From positions 45,033,766-45,097,765 of the forward strand of contig NC_057719.1 in assembly GCF_004010195.1 (NCBI RefSeq): a stretch of 64,000 bases of DNA. Reading direction: 5' to 3'. Made by a program: the position numbers and the translations under genes. This document shows positions 40,263-52,330 of this stretch, in pieces. Source of the stretch: Chiloscyllium plagiosum (taxonomy: Eukaryota). A model generated the notes under the pieces. It was not told the DNA's origin and did no database searches. It saw only the letters and a list, made by a program, of their open reading frames with translations. Each line of letters opens with the position of its first letter. The stretch's first letter is position 1.

Positions 40263-41156
40263 CTTCACTTTAAAGTCTCAGTTTTTGCTCATCTGACCAA
40301 ATATTACCTGTGGTAATTGTTAATGACCCCGTGGAAAGCCTTGGGTGTTCATTATGCTGGAGGTAATATATAAATACAACTTATTATCATGGAATGGTGT
40401 TTATGAATATATGTTTTCATAGTGGGATTATCAATCACTGATTTTGATCTGGACCATTCAGATTTTGGCACATTTTCACATGGGTCTGCTACCATACATC
40501 TTTAGGTCAGTTAATACTTCAACCATGAGCTTAGCAAAAGGTTGCACTGGAGACTTGTCAAGACACTAAGAATGGGTCGGAGCTAGGGGACAGGCCGCAG
40601 TAGCTATGGGACAGAGCTGGGGAACTGACGTGGGTGCAAATGGTTGCATGGAGGAGAACAAGTGACGGCAGCTGAAGGCTGTGGTAAGTGGCAGTGGGAA
40701 ATTGGGAATCTGTGGTGGGAGCTGGAAATTGGCAGCAGACGTTTGGTGAGAACTGCAGAAGTGCACTGACAGCAAGGGGCGAGTAGGGTCAATGGGTTGA
40801 AGAGCTGAGAATCAGACCATGGGTTGATGCTTCTCTCTGATGGACGATATGTTTGGTCAAAGTCAAGAAGAATCTGGGACCAGGATTACTGTCCTGGCTC
40901 CCCCATGAAGCAAGCCTAACTTATTTAGTTGCCAATTCTTTTCACTTAACAAACACAACAACACTTTTGCTCTTTTTAATATATGTCTGTTTCTGTAAGC
41001 TTATGTTCTTGGTATTTCAAAAAGCTATGCAATTCAGTGTTAACTATTGCAATCAAAATGTAATTATTAATAGCTATTCTGTTAAACCTGTTTCTCCTTT
41101 CTTTCTTGGACATACACAAATAAAACTGTTGTAGTATATTAATGTTGCCTGTACTT

Positions 41157-41451
41157 AGATTACATTACATTACATTACAGTGTGGAAACAGGCCCTTCGG
41201 CCCAACAAGTCCACACCGACCCGCCGAAGCGGAACCCACCCATACTCCTACATTTACCCCTTACCTAACACTATGGGCAATTTAGCATGGCCAATTCACC
41301 TGACCTGCACATCTTTGGACTGTGGGAGGAAACCCACGCAGACACGGGGAGAATGTGCAAACTCCACGCAGTCAGTCGCCTGAGGCAGGAATTGAACCCG
41401 GATCTCTGGTGCTGAGGCAGTAGTGCTAACCACTGTGCCACCGTGCTGCCC
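41157..41451 (-). mobile_element. HE1-like V-SINE with (gtaat)n tail
   Basis: Reverse complement of the 2954-3252 family, including A/B boxes. Confidence 0.9.
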
Positions 41452-41538
41452 TTCGTTGGCTGGTCAGCTGATTTGCAATACAGAGTCATGCCAGCAGTGT
41501 GGCTTATATTTGTGGACCGGCTGAAGTTACCATGAGGA

Positions 41539-42515
41539 ATTAAAATAAAACACAGAAATGCAGACATTGGAAATCTGAAACAAAAATAGAAATTGCTGGA
41601 GAACCTCAGTAAAAAATCTGGCAGGATCTGTAGAGAGAAAACAGAGTTAACATTTCTGGTCTAGTGATCCTTTGTTAGAAGTGATAGTAGTTTGGAAAAT
41701 ATGGTATATATGCTGAAAACAATTGGTTTGGGGAGCAGAAGGTGGGGGTGGGCTGGGCTGGGCTAAAGGAGAAAATGATAGCTGAAGGTGGAGCCGAGAG
41801 GAAGAGAAAAAGGCAGACAAAGGGATGGATAATGGTGAGGCAGGGAGAAACAAAGAGGTGCAAATGGAGACAGTGAGTGGTCTGCTATACATTGTGTGTA
41901 TAGTTTGGGGGGGCGGGGGGGTGTGGAATGAAACCCAGACTGGGTGACCACTTTGCAGAACACCTGTGTGCTATGCGCAAAAAAGACCCTGAGCTTCCAG
42001 TTGCCTGCCGCGTTAAAACACCACCATGTTCCCTGGCCAGCATTTCTCTCAGGCTTGCTGCAGTGCTCCAGTGAGGCCCAATGCAAGCTGGAAAAACAGC
42101 ACCTCATTTTCTGCTTGGGGACCCTGTAGCCTTCAGGACTCCGTATCGAGTTCAGTAATTTAAGGGCCTGAGCACCTTCTCCCAAGTCCTTACCCCAATC
42201 CTCCCACACCCTAGGCCTATTATCACAGCCGACCTATTTTCGCTTACGGTCCCCATTAGCAGCTTTTCTTTTTCCCTGGCTCACCATTATCCATCCCTTT
42301 GTGTGGCCAACTGCCTCTCTCTTCCTCTGAGCTCTATCTCTACCTATCACTTACTTCTTTACCACCCCTCTCCTGTTTTTGGCATGTATACCACCTTTTC
42401 CTAGCCACTATCCATTCTGAAGAAGGGTTCACTGGACTCAAAATGTTAACCCTGTTTTCTCACAATTCACAGATGCTGCCAGATCTGCTGAGTTCCTCCA
42501 GCAATTTCTGTCTTT
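41539..42515 (+). mobile_element. Old PLE (family 3): GIY-YIG C-terminus with inverted terminal repeat and TSD
   Basis: LLQCSSEAQCKLEKQHLIFCLGTL; decayed hammerhead at about 42416; flanks gttaccatgagga (41526-41538) / gttaccatggagga (42516-42529). Confidence 0.75.
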
Positions 42516-43295
42516 GTTACCATGGAGGACTTTCCTTCCCAAGCTCCTCCCTCACCTGAGGCTTGGTGAGCTTAGGTCAAACCACCACCAGTCATCCTTC
42601 TGGCTCTCAGAGAGCAGCCCTATGGCAACTTTAACTTAACCTGGTGGATCCCAACCAGGGCCTCGGTGTCCAAGTAATCCAACAAAGTACAACACCTATA
42701 CTATTGCAGCAAACGACGTTTGCATGTACAAATGTGCGACGGTTAGGGGTGGCCTGACAGTGTCAGTGTTCTGTAATCCTGCCTAGTAACTTCTGCTGTC
42801 TACTGGAGTGTGGTCAGGGACAGATGTGTGTGCATATTCTTGATCCATACTGTGGCCAACGGCACATAAGTAGATTCCGAATTGTGCTTTGCAGCTTTTG
42901 GACTAACTCTAGCTGTAAGGATAATGCTCAATAGGGTTTACATCTCTGGTTTTGGAAGCCAGAAAATGAGTTCAATTTATTTGCATTGACATTTGGACCG
43001 TCTCTGAGGATTGATTACAGTATGAGTTCTTAATATTATATGTCCTGTGCCAAAATTCATATTCTGTTAAATATGAATGAAATATGATTTTTAAAGCATT
43101 TCCAACATGCTGTGGTACATGCTTTTATAATAAAATGGCAGGTAGATTATAGCCACATAAAGTACTGTTCTTGCTGGAAATCTGAAACCAATGCAGAGAT
43201 TACTGGAGAAACTCAGTCAGTTGGCACCACTCATGGAGAGGGAAACAGAGTTGATAATTCTTTTTCAGAACTCCTAAGATACATTCTATGATATA

Positions 43296-43600
43296 ATCAT
43301 AGACTCCCTACAGTGTGGAAGCAGGCAATTCGACCCATCAAGTCCACACCAACCCTTCAAAGAGCATCCCACCCAGATCGACCCCTCTGCCCTATCCCCA
43401 TAGTACTGCATTTCCCATGGCTAATCCATCTAGCCTGCTCATCCCTGGACACTGTGGGCAATTTAACATCGCCAAGCCACCTAACTTGCACATCTTTGGG
43501 CTGTGGAAACTGGAGCCCCCAGAGGAAACCCACACAGATATGAGGAGAATGTGCAAACTCTACACTGCACTCTACAGTGCTAGCAACTGTGCTGCCCTAT
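43296..43600 (-). mobile_element. Older HE1-like V-SINE
   Basis: Diverged match to the V-domain and 3' tail. Confidence 0.8.
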
Positions 43601-43635
43601 AAGTCTGATATTTATTGGGAAATTAGTAAATAAGT

Positions 43636-44682
43636 TTGAAGAGGTAACAAGTAGGTTAGACCAGGGAAACCCAGTGGATGTGGTCTATCTAGACTTTCAA
43701 AAGGCCTTTGATAAGGTGCCACATGGGAGGCTGCTGAGCAAGGTGAGGGCCCATGGTGTTCGAGGTGAGCTGCTGGGATGGATTGAGGATTGGCTGTCTA
43801 ACAGAAGGCAGAGAGTTGGGATAAAAGGTTCTTTCTCAGAATGGCAGCCGGTGACGAGCGGTGCCCCGCAGGGTTCGGTGCTGGGGCCACAGCTGTTCGC
43901 AATATATATTAATGATTTGGATGAGGGAACCGGGGGCATTCTAGCGAAGTTTGCCGATGATACGAAGTTAGGTGGACAGGCAGGTAGTACTGAGGAAGTG
44001 GGGAGGCTACAGAAGGATCTAGACAGTTAAGAAGGCGAATGCAATGTTGTCTCTTATCTCAAGAGGGTTGGAATATAACAGCAGAGATGTACTACTAAGA
44101 CTTTATAAAGCTCTGGTTAGGCCCCATTTGGAGTACTGTGTCCAGTACTCCACACCTCAGGAAGGACATACTGGCACTGGAACGTGTCCAGCGGAGATTC
44201 ACATGGATGATCCCTGGAATGACAGGTCTAACATATGAGGAACGGCTGAGGATACTGGGATTGTATTCTTTGGAGTTTAGAAGATTAAGGGGAGACTTAA
44301 TAGAGATGTACAAAATAATACATGGCTTGGAAAAGGTGGATGCTAGGAAATTGTTTCCGTTAAACGAGGAGACTAGGACCCGTGGACACAGCCTTAGAAT
44401 TAGAGGGGGTCATTTCAGAACAGAAATGCGGAGACATTTCTTCAGCCAGAGAGTGGTGGGCCTGTGGAATTCATTGCCACGGAGTGCAGTGGAAGCCGGG
44501 ACGCTAAATGTCTTCAAGGCCGAGTTTGATAGATTCTTGTTGTCTAGAGGAATTAAGGGCTACGGGGAGAATGCTGGTAAGTGGAGCTGAAATGCGCATC
44601 AGCCATGATTGAATGGCGGAGTGGACTCGATGGGCCGAATGGCCTTACTTCCACTCCTATGTCTTATGGTCTTATGGTCTTA
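43636..44682 (+). mobile_element. Young CR1 LINE, 5'-truncated, internal deletion at about 44028
   Basis: [52 protein letters not shown]; (tcttatgg)n tail. Confidence 0.95.
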
Positions 44683-47363
44683 AAGGCTTTGTGTGGAGAG
44701 TTCCTATACAGTCTGGAGTTAGTGGGTAGATAAAAGCCCAGATTTTCAGAGTTGTGGTGACTCTGCAGTTTACAATCCAAAATGGTGCTAAGAACCTGGG
44801 TTTGGAAGTCACACTGCCATTCTGACAAATCCTAAATTTGCTGATAGGAGAGTGGGAGTAGGATGTGATTGTCATATCAGAGAAACTCCAACTCAGCAGG
44901 CCATTCCAACATGCTGCTCAGTTCAAACTGATCTTATTTTCACGGAAGTCAAGGGCTTATTTCGCAGTGTGTGGTGAGTAATTTTTGACGAGTAGATGCA
45001 AGTCCTCCTAAAGGTGGATAAGGTCTGTGAAACTGTCAAGCTGCAAAGTTATTTAAATAGCCTTTTGTTTACAGTTTAAATAAAACTACTGCATTCTGAT
45101 TTTAAAACAATTGATGCTGGCAGTATCAATATTTGTTTGTTGATATTACCATAATGGCTATTGGATAACACTATTACTGCTTGGCTGCTTTCCACAGCCT
45201 ATCATCACAGCTGTAGTTTAAATGTGCAGTATGACAGCCTTTAGAGATTATTAAAGGATTAGCTGTCATTGTTGGGTTATGAATATAAATGTTTTTGTAA
45301 GAGAAATTAAATGCATTGAATAGGCTTTCATGAATGGGAGCATGTGTTTTATATAGCAAAACCTGCAATTGATATTTAGAACTTTATTTTGTTTCATCTT
45401 AGTATGGATTTTGAAGTATGCACATGGACACTGGATGAGTTGGCATAGGGTAGTGGGTGAAGAGAAGTGATTTAGAATTAGGTTTTACTGTCATGTGTAT
45501 TCCAAAACAAAAGTATACAAGTACAGTGAAAAGTGTACAGTGTCACCACAATGCCATCTTAGATTTGTAACTAGGTACTTTGTACCTAAGGTGCTAAAAT
45601 AGATTAATGAGTGAGCACTGAGTTGATATAGTGACTTTATGGGCTCTTGGAATGAGTGGTGGGTAGGGGTTGACATGGAGAGTGGTTGGGGTGAGAGGTA
45701 GAGAGCATAATGGTTAAGAGCACAATTAGAAATAAATTCCATGGAGCAGAAATTTCTCCTTTGCCTTTTAATTAGCCATCCTTGGCAAATGGCAGGCCTT
45801 GGACAATTTCCAATTTGCATCTGAGAGTGGTGGGCCTGACTCCAACTCTCTGTCTCTTTCTTTATTTTTTCTCTCTGTCTTTCTTTATTTATCTCACACA
45901 CACACACCCTCGTACCATGCAGGGCACCCTATCCCTAAGTATGTACAGGAAATTTCCTGATTCCTCCAACCCAACAATTTGCAATTTGTTAAGGACAGTT
46001 CAAACCTAAAAATGCAGACATAATGTGGAAATTTATTGTCAGTCTGCCTCAAGTCAAGTTGTGCCCAAAAGAAAGTCACTCTTACAGGGTTCTTGCTAAC
46101 TGGTTGGTTTCAGGCAGTTTTCAGTGCCTGAAAATATTTCTGCATTTTGTATTAAGGTGGTTCAAAATGTCTTTGAGCGATTCCAGTCTTTACCTGTGGC
46201 ATAGTAGCTGCTTGGTTTATCTTGCAAATGCTGGCTCTGGTATTTGATTTGTCAACCACAGGCAGGTATATGCTAGAGGGAGGCAGGAACTGAGAGCTCC
46301 CTTCACTGTTACCCATGCATGGTCTTTCTACTTCTGTGTAACTGACCCTGGAAAAGCTGTTTCTTTACACATAAATTGTTAGCATCTTATCCCAAGACTT
46401 ATGTTCACAAACTGGTCAGTTATCAGATATAGTCTCAGTAAGTTGGGGAACTCCAGTCCGATTTTGTTTTAAAGTGATTACATTGTCTGGTTGGTAGAGT
46501 CCTCTTCCCAGCTCATGTCCATTGTCTAAAGTGATTGAATTCAAAGGCTTAGTCCACAACCATCTGAATAGATAGGTCATCTCTGGATCTTGTGAATAGT
46601 TCAGGAGATGTGTCTTGATTCAAGACAGCTGATACTTTTGTTATTGTGATTGTTTTGTAATTTGTAATAAGGATTTGATACTGTCACTTTAAAAAGACCG
46701 ACAACAATATTTTTTAACTTTATTCTGTGGTTTCAGACCACTCAATAAGTAAAGTCACCTTCAATGCATGAAATCAACTGAAGTGTTAAGGACTTCACCT
46801 GTCAGCTGGAGAGGGGTCTGGCATTGCCTCTTGTCAGGCAAGCCTGCCAAACTACAAGCGAATTGGGCAGTTGTGCAGACATTGGCAATCCCCACCCATT
46901 CCTATCCTCTCCTACCCATCCATAATGTCAAGTCCTTCAGTGATTGTGCAGTTTTATCTGCCATAAATACCTCAGGGACAGACCTCTCTGCAGCTGGGCT
47001 CATCCCAACAATGGCAAGAAGAAGCTCTTCAGTGGCAATTGTATTAGCCACTTAATTGATGGTAGCACAGGAAGATTGACGATATGCCTTCCCAGTCTTA
47101 TTCTGGTGGATCCAGGAAGGCAATGGGTTTTAGGTGTGTCTGCCTAATTCCATACCCTTCCTTGTTCCGTGTTTGCCACCAGTGAGAACAGAAGATCTGC
47201 CCAGTCTAAACCATGTGTTGATAACAACTGACTTTGTAATATTTTCCACTGATCTTTCTGTCTTGTGGTACAACACTTGGCAGGAAGCAGTTTTTGCTTC
47301 TAATTGATACATGTTCTGAAATGGAAAGGTGAATTAATCCATTTACTTGTTTTAAGTCTTTTG

Positions 47364-47634
47364 ATTAGATTACCTACAGTGTGGAAACAGGCCCTTCAAC
47401 CCAAGAAGTCCACACCGACCCTCCGAAAAGCAACCCACCCAGACCCATTCCCCTACATTTACCACCTATTACTATGGGCAGTTTAGCATGGCCAATTCAC
47501 CTAACCTGCACATCTTTGGACTGTGGGAGGAAACCGGAGCACGCAAAGGAAACCCACACAGACAGTTGCCCGAGGTGGGAATTGAATCTAGGTTGCTGGC
47601 GCTGTGAGGCAGCAGTGCTAACCACTGAGCCACC
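47364..47634 (-). mobile_element. HE1-like V-SINE, internally deleted
   Basis: Match to the family including ggtggctcagtggttagcactgctgcctcacagc head. Confidence 0.88.
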
Positions 47635-48569
47635 AAATCTTTAGTTCCAGAAATTCTTTGAATTGGACAAGGGGTTTACCCTGACAGAAACTACTGCAGG
47701 AAGAGAGAACTAAAAATCAAACACAAAATAGGAATACTGATGTATTCTCCTTTGCCAACAGCCCACTATTCTTTATTATATTGTGAGGCACCCAGATATC
47801 TCAGGCACACGTGAGTTTGCATTTGTTAGATTTAAAAGTGATATTTTCATCTCTGATATACAGCATTCTGCCCAGCTTTTGTGTCCAGCTTTATGATGCC
47901 TATAACTGGAAAATAATAATGTGTATTCTTCTTTAATGTGACAAGAGATATTATCATAATATGGATGGATTGTTAGAGTATTGTAGTTAGAATCTTGAAC
48001 AGTTTATTAGAACATCAAAGGACCTCAGGCTGGCAATGAAAAGAAATGAAGCACCATTGCAATCAATTGAAAAGCTAAAGAGTTCTCAACTGTTCATCAT
48101 AACAGACAATATCTTGACTAATTACCATATAAACAACAGAAATCCTGCATTCTTTATTTTTGGGAGCTGTTTAGATTAAGCTATTCCTATTTACACTGGA
48201 AACCATTGAAGTAGTATCTCAGTGAGCATCCTACAGCATTTACGTCTTCAGATGGATTGCAAATTCTAAAAGTCAATTCTGCTCAAACCTTTGTATGTTC
48301 TGGGTCTGAACACAATATTCACAACTACATGAAGAAATGATGTTCCATCTGTCCACTAAATGGGTTGACATAGTTCTACTGAATAAGTCCCATTAAAGAC
48401 TGGTCAGGACGTTTAACTTCTATAATTCTAAAATTTAAGTTCTATAATTATCCAAACCCTACAGCAAATTAGTACGGGCAAAACAAAAAGCTTGCAACAA
48501 CATGTTAAGTATTTAATTGAGTCATATTGCTGTCTCACTTGATAATTATAGCATTTATTGAAGGAACAA

Positions 48570-50060
48570 GAACATAAGAGGAGGAGACCAGTTGGCCTAT
48601 TAAGCTCTGCTATTCAACTTGTGTTTCAACTTCCACTTTCTCACTCATTCCCCATAACTCTTGCTTCCCTGAGAGACCAAAAATCAGCCTCAAATGTGTT
48701 CAATGATGGACCATACGCAGTGCTCCAAAATGAACAACCCTTTGAATGAAGATAGTTCTCTTTATCTAAAGTCCACACAATAGGCCTTTGTTGTGAAATG
48801 GTGTCTCCATGTCCTTTGAACAGTATTTTAATCAAGCTTCTTCATAAGCTTGAATATTTTAGTCAGATCACCTCTGTCTTCTAAACCCCAGAGAGTTTAG
48901 ATCCAATTTATGCAGAGTCTTGGAACAACCCCAGCATTGGAGCGGCCAGTGGATCCAGTGAACCTTCCCTGTGCTGCCTCTGCTATAAATGTATCTTTAC
49001 ATAATTAAGGAGACCAAAGTAGCAATCTTCTAGGTTTAGTCTCATTATGACCCTATACAATTGTAGTAAAATATCTTAATTCTTGTACTCCAATCTTTTT
49101 GCAACAAAGTCCAACATGCTATTTGTTTTCTCAATTGCTTGTTGTACCTGCAGACAGACTTTTTGTGTTCCTTATAGAAGTATCACAAATTTCTCTGAGC
49201 ATCACTGCTTACATATTCATGCCTTTTTAAAAAAAAGTCTGTTTTCTTATCCTTGCTATCAAAGTGAATAACCCCCCACTTATCCATATTTTACTCTATC
49301 TGCCACTTTGTTCTCATTCCTTCAGGTTATCAATATCTTTTTGTAACCCCTTTATGTCCTCCTCACAGTTTGCATTCCCACTTAGCGTTGTTTCATCAGC
49401 AAATTTAGATGCATTATTCTACCTCTTTGCCCAAGTTATTCATATAGACTGTAAGTAGCTGAGATCCCAGTCCTGATCATTGCACACTCCACTAGTCATA
49501 CCCTGCCAGCTTGAAATTGCCCACTTATCACTCCTATGTGCTTCATGCTTCTTAACCAGTCGTCGATCCACGCCAATGTATCACCCCCAACTCTGTAATA
49601 GTTATCCTGTGCATTAACCTTTGATATGGCACCTTATCAAATCCATGTTGGAAATCAAAGTATATTACATCTGCTAGCTCCTCTTTACCTATACAATTAA
49701 TTACATTCTTAAAAAACTCTAATAAATTTACCAAGTAGGAGTTCTTTTTGTAAAATTGTTTACTTCTTCTAATTAATACTGTGCTTTGCTTTGCTGGGTG
49801 CTTATTAAAATATCCTTCTGAAGTTCCCTCCTTTTTTGACTAGTGATGTTATACTTGCTAGTTTGCAATCTACTTGGAAAACCTCAGCCCTTGTGTACAC
49901 TATCACTGCAACTATCTTTTTTTAGAACCCTTTAGGTCTTTGAAGTCCTAAGGATTTGTCGAATTTTTGTCCCATGAATTTATCCTGTACATTTTCTTCA
50001 ATATTAATGACCCTAATTCTTGCCTGTTATTAGCACTTATTTATCCTGTTTTTCTGATGT
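48570..50060 (-). mobile_element. Old CR1 LINE remnant
   Basis: NLLEFFKNV..DVIYFDFQHGFDKVPYQRL; FADE near 49395. Confidence 0.75.
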
Positions 50061-51168
50061 ATGGAAGGTGTTACAATAATCAGTGCCCCAGTGAATGTTC
50101 TTCATAGGTGTCAGCCTATTCCTACTTCAAAAGGTAAATGTAATGGTCACATAATTCTCTTAAACATTCTTCAAACAGCCTTCAATAGTTGGAAAGATTT
50201 TGATTGCACAATCAATGACAAACTACTTTTGATAATCCATTTATGGTTAAGTGCATTCAGGAAAATGGGAGATATTGCAAGCATTTCCTTTAACAAACTA
50301 TCACTTGGTGTTTTTTCTGGCAAATCTCCTTATTTCTCATTTGATAAAACCAAAACCATTTGGTTTTATTGCAAAACTTCCTTTTCCTGTCATGCCATTT
50401 TAAAAATAACACTGTACAGCCCAAGTTCTGTGGGCAGAATGTTGGGTGTTGTTGGTAGTGAGACGTGTGATGAGCATTTCAATGGTAAAATGTGAAAGAG
50501 ACAACTTTTCGGCTGTAAGGAACAAAGCTAAAAGACCGTTATTTGTGCGTGTAATACTGCAAGTGTCCGAAAGTATGCACTGACTACAAATGACTGAAGT
50601 TCCATCAGTGCAATTTGTGAAACCAGAGCCTCTCCATGGCACTGCAGCTTTGTAACATACCCCATCTTCCAAACAGGAAATAATTGTTCTCTGCAATATT
50701 TTGGGAGTGGTAGAAAGTTCCTCTGAGTCTAAATCCTATGAACTAGGTTGTGAAATGATTGTTATTGAGTAGATATGCGCGCTGTAATGATTTTGCTGTA
50801 GTCCTGTGATGGTTGTGTATTATTTGTCCATTATAAATAAGCATATTTTGTGCATTATTGTGTACGATACTGAGTAATTTACTTAATGACTTGGAGCAAA
50901 GCCAAATAATAAAATAGTGAGACAAATATAATGTAAGTGGGATTTATTGATAAGAATTGAACATATTGATTACTCATTCTTTAAAACACATGATGGTGTC
51001 TATCTTAAAAGTCTCAATAGACAGAATATAGATTTAGTTATGTTTGTTAGCTTCGAGTATTATGATTTCCTGTCAATGGACATAATGGGAGGAGGTTAAA
51101 TCAGTACAAAGCACAAGATGAATGCTTTTACATCAAGCTGGTTATAAAGATGGTCTGTCGCATTTGAG

Positions 51169-51252
51169 ATGACTGCACGTATTCTAGTTCAGATAGTGAT
51201 CATTCTTTTGCTGCACGTGGAGAGAATTATGCACTTAGCACTCAGCAGAAAG
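51169..51252 (+). CDS. Candidate coding start exon portion (signal-peptide-like)
   Basis: MTARILVQIVIILLLHVERIMHLALSRK ends at cagaaag|gtaaga; in-frame TAA upstream; possible acceptor gttag| at 51050. No homolog recognised. Confidence 0.25.
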
Positions 51253-51519
51253 GTAAGAAATGTGCATGTACTTTATCTTGTATAAAATTCTGAATGCATA
51301 GAATTATCAATAAAACAAAATGACTTTGATACACTCAACATCAAGTGAAAAGACTGAAGACTCGGGGTTGATAAGTTGCAATAAATATCGTATTAAGATA
51401 TAATTAGGATTAACATCTAGAAAAATATGTATGAAACTGGAGAGAAGCAGTCAGATTATCTAATTTTCTACTTCTCATTTTCAAAAGATATCAGTTTTTT
51501 TCTTAGATCCTCCCGAGAA

Positions 51520-52330
51520 AAAATGTAATTTTCACTACGGAATTATGCATCACGCATTTACATTTGCTGATACCCCCATTCATATTTATCATCATTCGTA
51601 TAAACTGACTTGAGAAGGAGTCAAAGTTTCTTTTTGTTCAACTTGCTTCGTCTGACAGACTATGCCCTTTAATCTTTTGGTCTGTCAGGCAGATTTTGTT
51701 CATTTGCACTTCTTGGAATTCTAAACATTTTGATAAAGTTTCATTCTGAGTCAGTTTGCAGTTCAAAGTTTCCATCTTCCCCACAGTATCTTTAAGTGTC
51801 TCAAGCGCCTAAACTCCAATATTCATTTGCTTGTACTCTTTCTAAATCCCAGATGTTCTCATTGAAGTACATTGAGCAGAACTGTGTACAGTAGTACATG
51901 AGTTTAACTGGTATTTTATATAAACTTGCTATTAAAGTCTGTGATTGCTATTGAATCACTCACATTAAGATGCCTTCTTTACCTCTGTACACTGTGCTGA
52001 TGGTTTTAATGGATCCCTGTTCTGTATGTGTTTTGCAGTCCACTAAGATTCATTTTAAGCATTCACCATTTATTCCCATTCCCAAATCTCCTTTTATTTC
52101 GTTTAATTCCCTTTTATTCATTATTTCTAGTTGTTAGCCTCATCAATTAAAACCTTCCTAGGCTATCTGCTATTTGGAGTTCTCCTGAAATGTGAAATGG
52201 TCAGCAAACCCAAATAGTTATGTTCTTGTCTCTAATTCTAAATTATGTTTGTATAGAATAAATAATATGTTCCCAACATGGTCCTATGAGGCACCCTACT
52301 AATCACGATCTGACTGGCTGATGCAGCTCC
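51520..52330 (-). mobile_element. Very old CR1-like remnant
   Basis: Faint CR1-like order of motifs (cagaactgtgtacagtagt, tcagcaaac, ggcaccctacta). Confidence 0.4.

Noticed and set aside
50061..50696. 144-aa (+) and 98-aa (-) ORFs in unique sequence
   Set aside because: No recognisable domain or convincing splice framework; the + ORF starts at the edge of an old CR1.
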